A stretch of 64,000 nucleotides of DNA from Octopus bimaculoides (lineage: Eukaryota). Below are positions 61,728 through 64,000 of this stretch, piece after piece. The DNA lies in assembly GCF_001194135.2 (NCBI RefSeq), contig NC_068990.1, positions 93,472,172 to 93,536,171 on the forward strand, written 5' to 3'. The first letter of the stretch is position 1, and each line of letters begins with the position of its first letter. Both the position numbers and the translations under genes were made by a program. Under the pieces are notes generated by a model. The model made no database searches and was not told the origin of the DNA. It saw only the letters and a list, made by a program, of their open reading frames with translations.

Positions 61728-63998
61728 TCATCTTCGTGGAATGTTTTCAATATCTTGGTAATCATACATGTCACTAGGAACCAAATCCTGAATATTGTTG
61801 CCTTTGTCACTATCAGATGATTGTTTTCTCAAAATGGTGGGTTGAAAGTGCACAGTTAACTTTACATGAGAATGGTATTTTGTGATTGGTTGGGTATTTA
61901 GAAATGAATTTTTCCAACCTTTCTTTTTCCATTTTCTATGCTTTGTCTGTGGCTTAGATTTTGCGTAAGGGTAAATGTCAATATAAACATCGTTGCTCAC
62001 AGACTTTTCAAGATTGTTATTAGAATTGATTGCATGGAACGGTTTGGATTTCTGCCTGTCCTCTCTCTCAGGCTTTGAATCCTTTACTTCATCAACAAAG
62101 GCAGAACGTGAAATCTTTTGGTTATTACCTGGTCTATAATCTTCTGGATTAATACCAGAGGCAGAGTTAGAGTCAAGATCATCACCAGAAGCAGAGTTAG
62201 AATCAAAGTCATCCTCATCATCATCAGAAGAAGAGCTGGGGTTGAGATTATCCCCAGAGGCAGAACTATAATCTGTATCATCAACAAGCGTTAAACTAGA
62301 TGCTGAACTACTAGGTGGGGATTTTCTAGGGTCAGGTTTCCTGTATGGATTATGAATTACGGAATAACTCGATCCTGATTTATTCCTATGAGCAGGAATA
62401 GAGTTATTGAGTACAGATATTGATGCTGAAGTAGTTGTAGGAGAAATTAATGTGGAATTTTGGTTACTTTCAGGAGATTTAATAGAATTATCTGAAACCG
62501 AATTGGAACCTGGTTTTTCACCTTTCAGGGAAGAGATACCTGCATATCCACCTGATGGAGAAGGAGTATCTGGGTAATATCCAGAACCATAGTTGGAGTG
62601 TAGATTTTCTCCAGATGCAGAACTGGAATCCATATCCTCACCAGAGGCAGAATTAGAATCCATATCCATACCAGAGGCTGAATTTGTGTCCATATCATCT
62701 CCAGATGCAGATCTCAAGTCAGTATAAGCTTTGGATCTTGAAGAAGATGATGCAATATTTTGGGTGACTGAAGCAGAATAATCATCAATGTTAAGTGTAG
62801 TGTTTGTGTTTAAAGAACCTTCTGGAGTGAAAGTAATATGTGGTGAGACTCCAGAAGTTCGGTGATTTAGAACAGAACTATGCAGGAGAGAACTACTTAA
62901 AGCTGAAGTAAGACGTGGTGCTGCTAAAGTGGTAGAAGAAGAATCTAGAAATGTTTTTGGAGAAAAACTAAAAAGTTTGTAACTACTTTGTATTGGTGTG
63001 GAGTATGAACTTGTAACAGGGGTGTGAGTTGAACTAGGGAATATTTTAGGGGGTACTGTTGATGTGATGTCACTGTTTATGACAGATGGAGGATGTGGGG
63101 TTGTAACAGAAAGGAATTTATACATTGTAGAAGATTTTATAGGGTGAGAAGTAGAACTTGAAGATATTTTGGCTTCATGAAGATTTTCATAACTTAATGA
63201 TCTAACATGTGATTCTGTGGATCTTTCTAAGGAAGTGGTAACTTTAGTGAGAAATTTTGATCTTAAATTAGGTTCAGTATCAGAACTAGATTTCAGCTCT
63301 TCCTTAGAACCAGAACTAGACTTCAAGTCATCTTCAGAATCAGTACTAGATTCCAGGTCATCCCCTGAATCAGAGCTAGATTCCTGGTCCTCCTCAGTGT
63401 CAGAGCTTGATTCTAGATCATTCCCAGAGGAAGAACTATGGTCTAAATCTTTTTCAGAAATTGTGGATGTGACTTCCCTGTTTATAACAGATGCAGGATG
63501 TGGAGTTGTAACAGAAAGGAACTTATATGTTGTGGGAGATTTTGTTGATTGAAAAGTTGAGCTTGAAGGTATTTGGGTTTCACGAAGATTTCCATAACTG
63601 GAACTAGAACCAGACTTAAGCCATGAAATGTAACTAGAATGAAGATGAATCGTTGATGATCTAACATGGGATTCTGTGGCTCTTTCTGAGGAAGTGGTAA
63701 CTTTAGTAGGAAATTTTGATCTTAAATTAGGTTCAGTGTCAGAACTTGGTTTCAGCTCTTCTCTGGAACCAGAACCAGACTTGAAGTCATCCTCAGACTC
63801 AGTACTTGATTCCAGGTCATCCTCTGAATCAGTGCTAGATTCCAGGTCATCTCTTGAATCAGAGCTAGATTCCTGGTCCTCTTCAGAGCCAGAGCTTGAT
63901 TCTAGATCATTCCCAGAGGAAGAACTAGGGTCGAAATCTTTTTCAGAAATTCTGGATGTGACTTCCCTGTTTATAACAGATGTAGGATGTGGAGTTGT
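61728..63998 (-). CDS. Partial large terminal exon of a Ser/Asp/Thr-rich repetitive protein (mucin, proteoglycan or phosphoprotein-like), at least 756 aa, 5' part outside the window
   Basis: I translated 63327-63998 by hand and found no stop, so the frame is open to the window edge. The 2.27-kb stretch has no microsatellites or SINEs. Repeat offsets are multiples of 3 (489, 459, 405 nt). TGA at 61728-61730. Confidence 0.85.
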   Translation of the reverse strand, partial: TTPHPTSVINREVTSRISEKDFDPSSSSGNDLESSSGSEEDQESSSDSRDDLESSTDSEDDLESSTESEDDFKSGSGSREELKPSSDTEPNLRSKFPTKVTTSSERATESHVRSSTIHLHSSYISWLKSGSSSSYGNLRETQIPSSSTFQSTKSPTTYKFLSVTTPHPASVINREVTSTISEKDLDHSSSSGNDLESSSDTEEDQESSSDSGDDLESSTDSEDDLKSSSGSKEELKSSSDTEPNLRSKFLTKVTTSLERSTESHVRSLSYENLHEAKISSSSTSHPIKSSTMYKFLSVTTPHPPSVINSDITSTVPPKIFPSSTHTPVTSSYSTPIQSSYKLFSFSPKTFLDSSSTTLAAPRLTSALSSSLLHSSVLNHRTSGVSPHITFTPEGSLNTNTTLNIDDYSASVTQNIASSSSRSKAYTDLRSASGDDMDTNSASGMDMDSNSASGEDMDSSSASGENLHSNYGSGYYPDTPSPSGGYAGISSLKGEKPGSNSVSDNSIKSPESNQNSTLISPTTTSASISVLNNSIPAHRNKSGSSYSVIHNPYRKPDPRKSPPSSSASSLTLVDDTDYSSASGDNLNPSSSSDDDEDDFDSNSASGDDLDSNSASGINPEDYRPGNNQKISRSAFVDEVKDSKPEREDRQKSKPFHAINSNNNLEKSVSNDVYIDIYPYAKSKPQTKHRKWKKKGWKNSFLNTQPITKYHSHVKLTVHFQPTILRKQSSDSDKGNNIQDLVPSDMYDYQDIENIPRR

Positions 63999-64000
63999 AA

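Noticed and set aside
63217-63552. Plus-strand 111-aa Ser-rich ORF (and 63482-63667)
   Set aside because: Antisense shadow of the repetitive minus-strand frame, which is open for more than 750 codons.

Overview
AT-rich, microsatellite-dense animal genomic DNA with 11 N-gaps, most likely from an octopod cephalopod (inferred from SINE/RTE repeat content; not verified). (1) A complete 11-exon protein disulfide-isomerase A4 gene (PDIA4/ERp72, + strand, 41591-55613). I reconstructed it by hand: all introns are GT-AG with compatible phases, 625 aa, three WCGHC sites, C-terminal HIEL. An ERSE-like element lies upstream. (2) The end of a convergent - strand gene whose single reading frame is open from the window edge to 61728 (at least 756 aa, longer than the ORF track shows). 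It encodes a Ser/Asp/Thr-rich repeat protein with alternating acidic and Thr/basic blocks and SASG repeats. (3) A candidate orphan gene on + with three phase-0 compatible exons (15225-15413, 27087-27176, 27772-28041; about 182 aa). (4) Many mobile elements: two tRNA-headed SINE groups, RTE LINE fragments, R4/Dong-type RLE LINE fragments sitting in (ATT)n tracts, a decayed mariner, a hAT MITE with 8-bp TSD, and two foldback elements. The most unusual signal is a dispersed ~200-bp repeat (3 copies, each abutting a TA-rich microsatellite) that carries a minimal type-I hammerhead-ribozyme-like fold with a non-canonical core. No tRNA, rRNA or CRISPR features were found. Most ORF-track entries are microsatellite or gap artefacts. 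Repeat boundaries are approximate; exon boundaries were counted by base.
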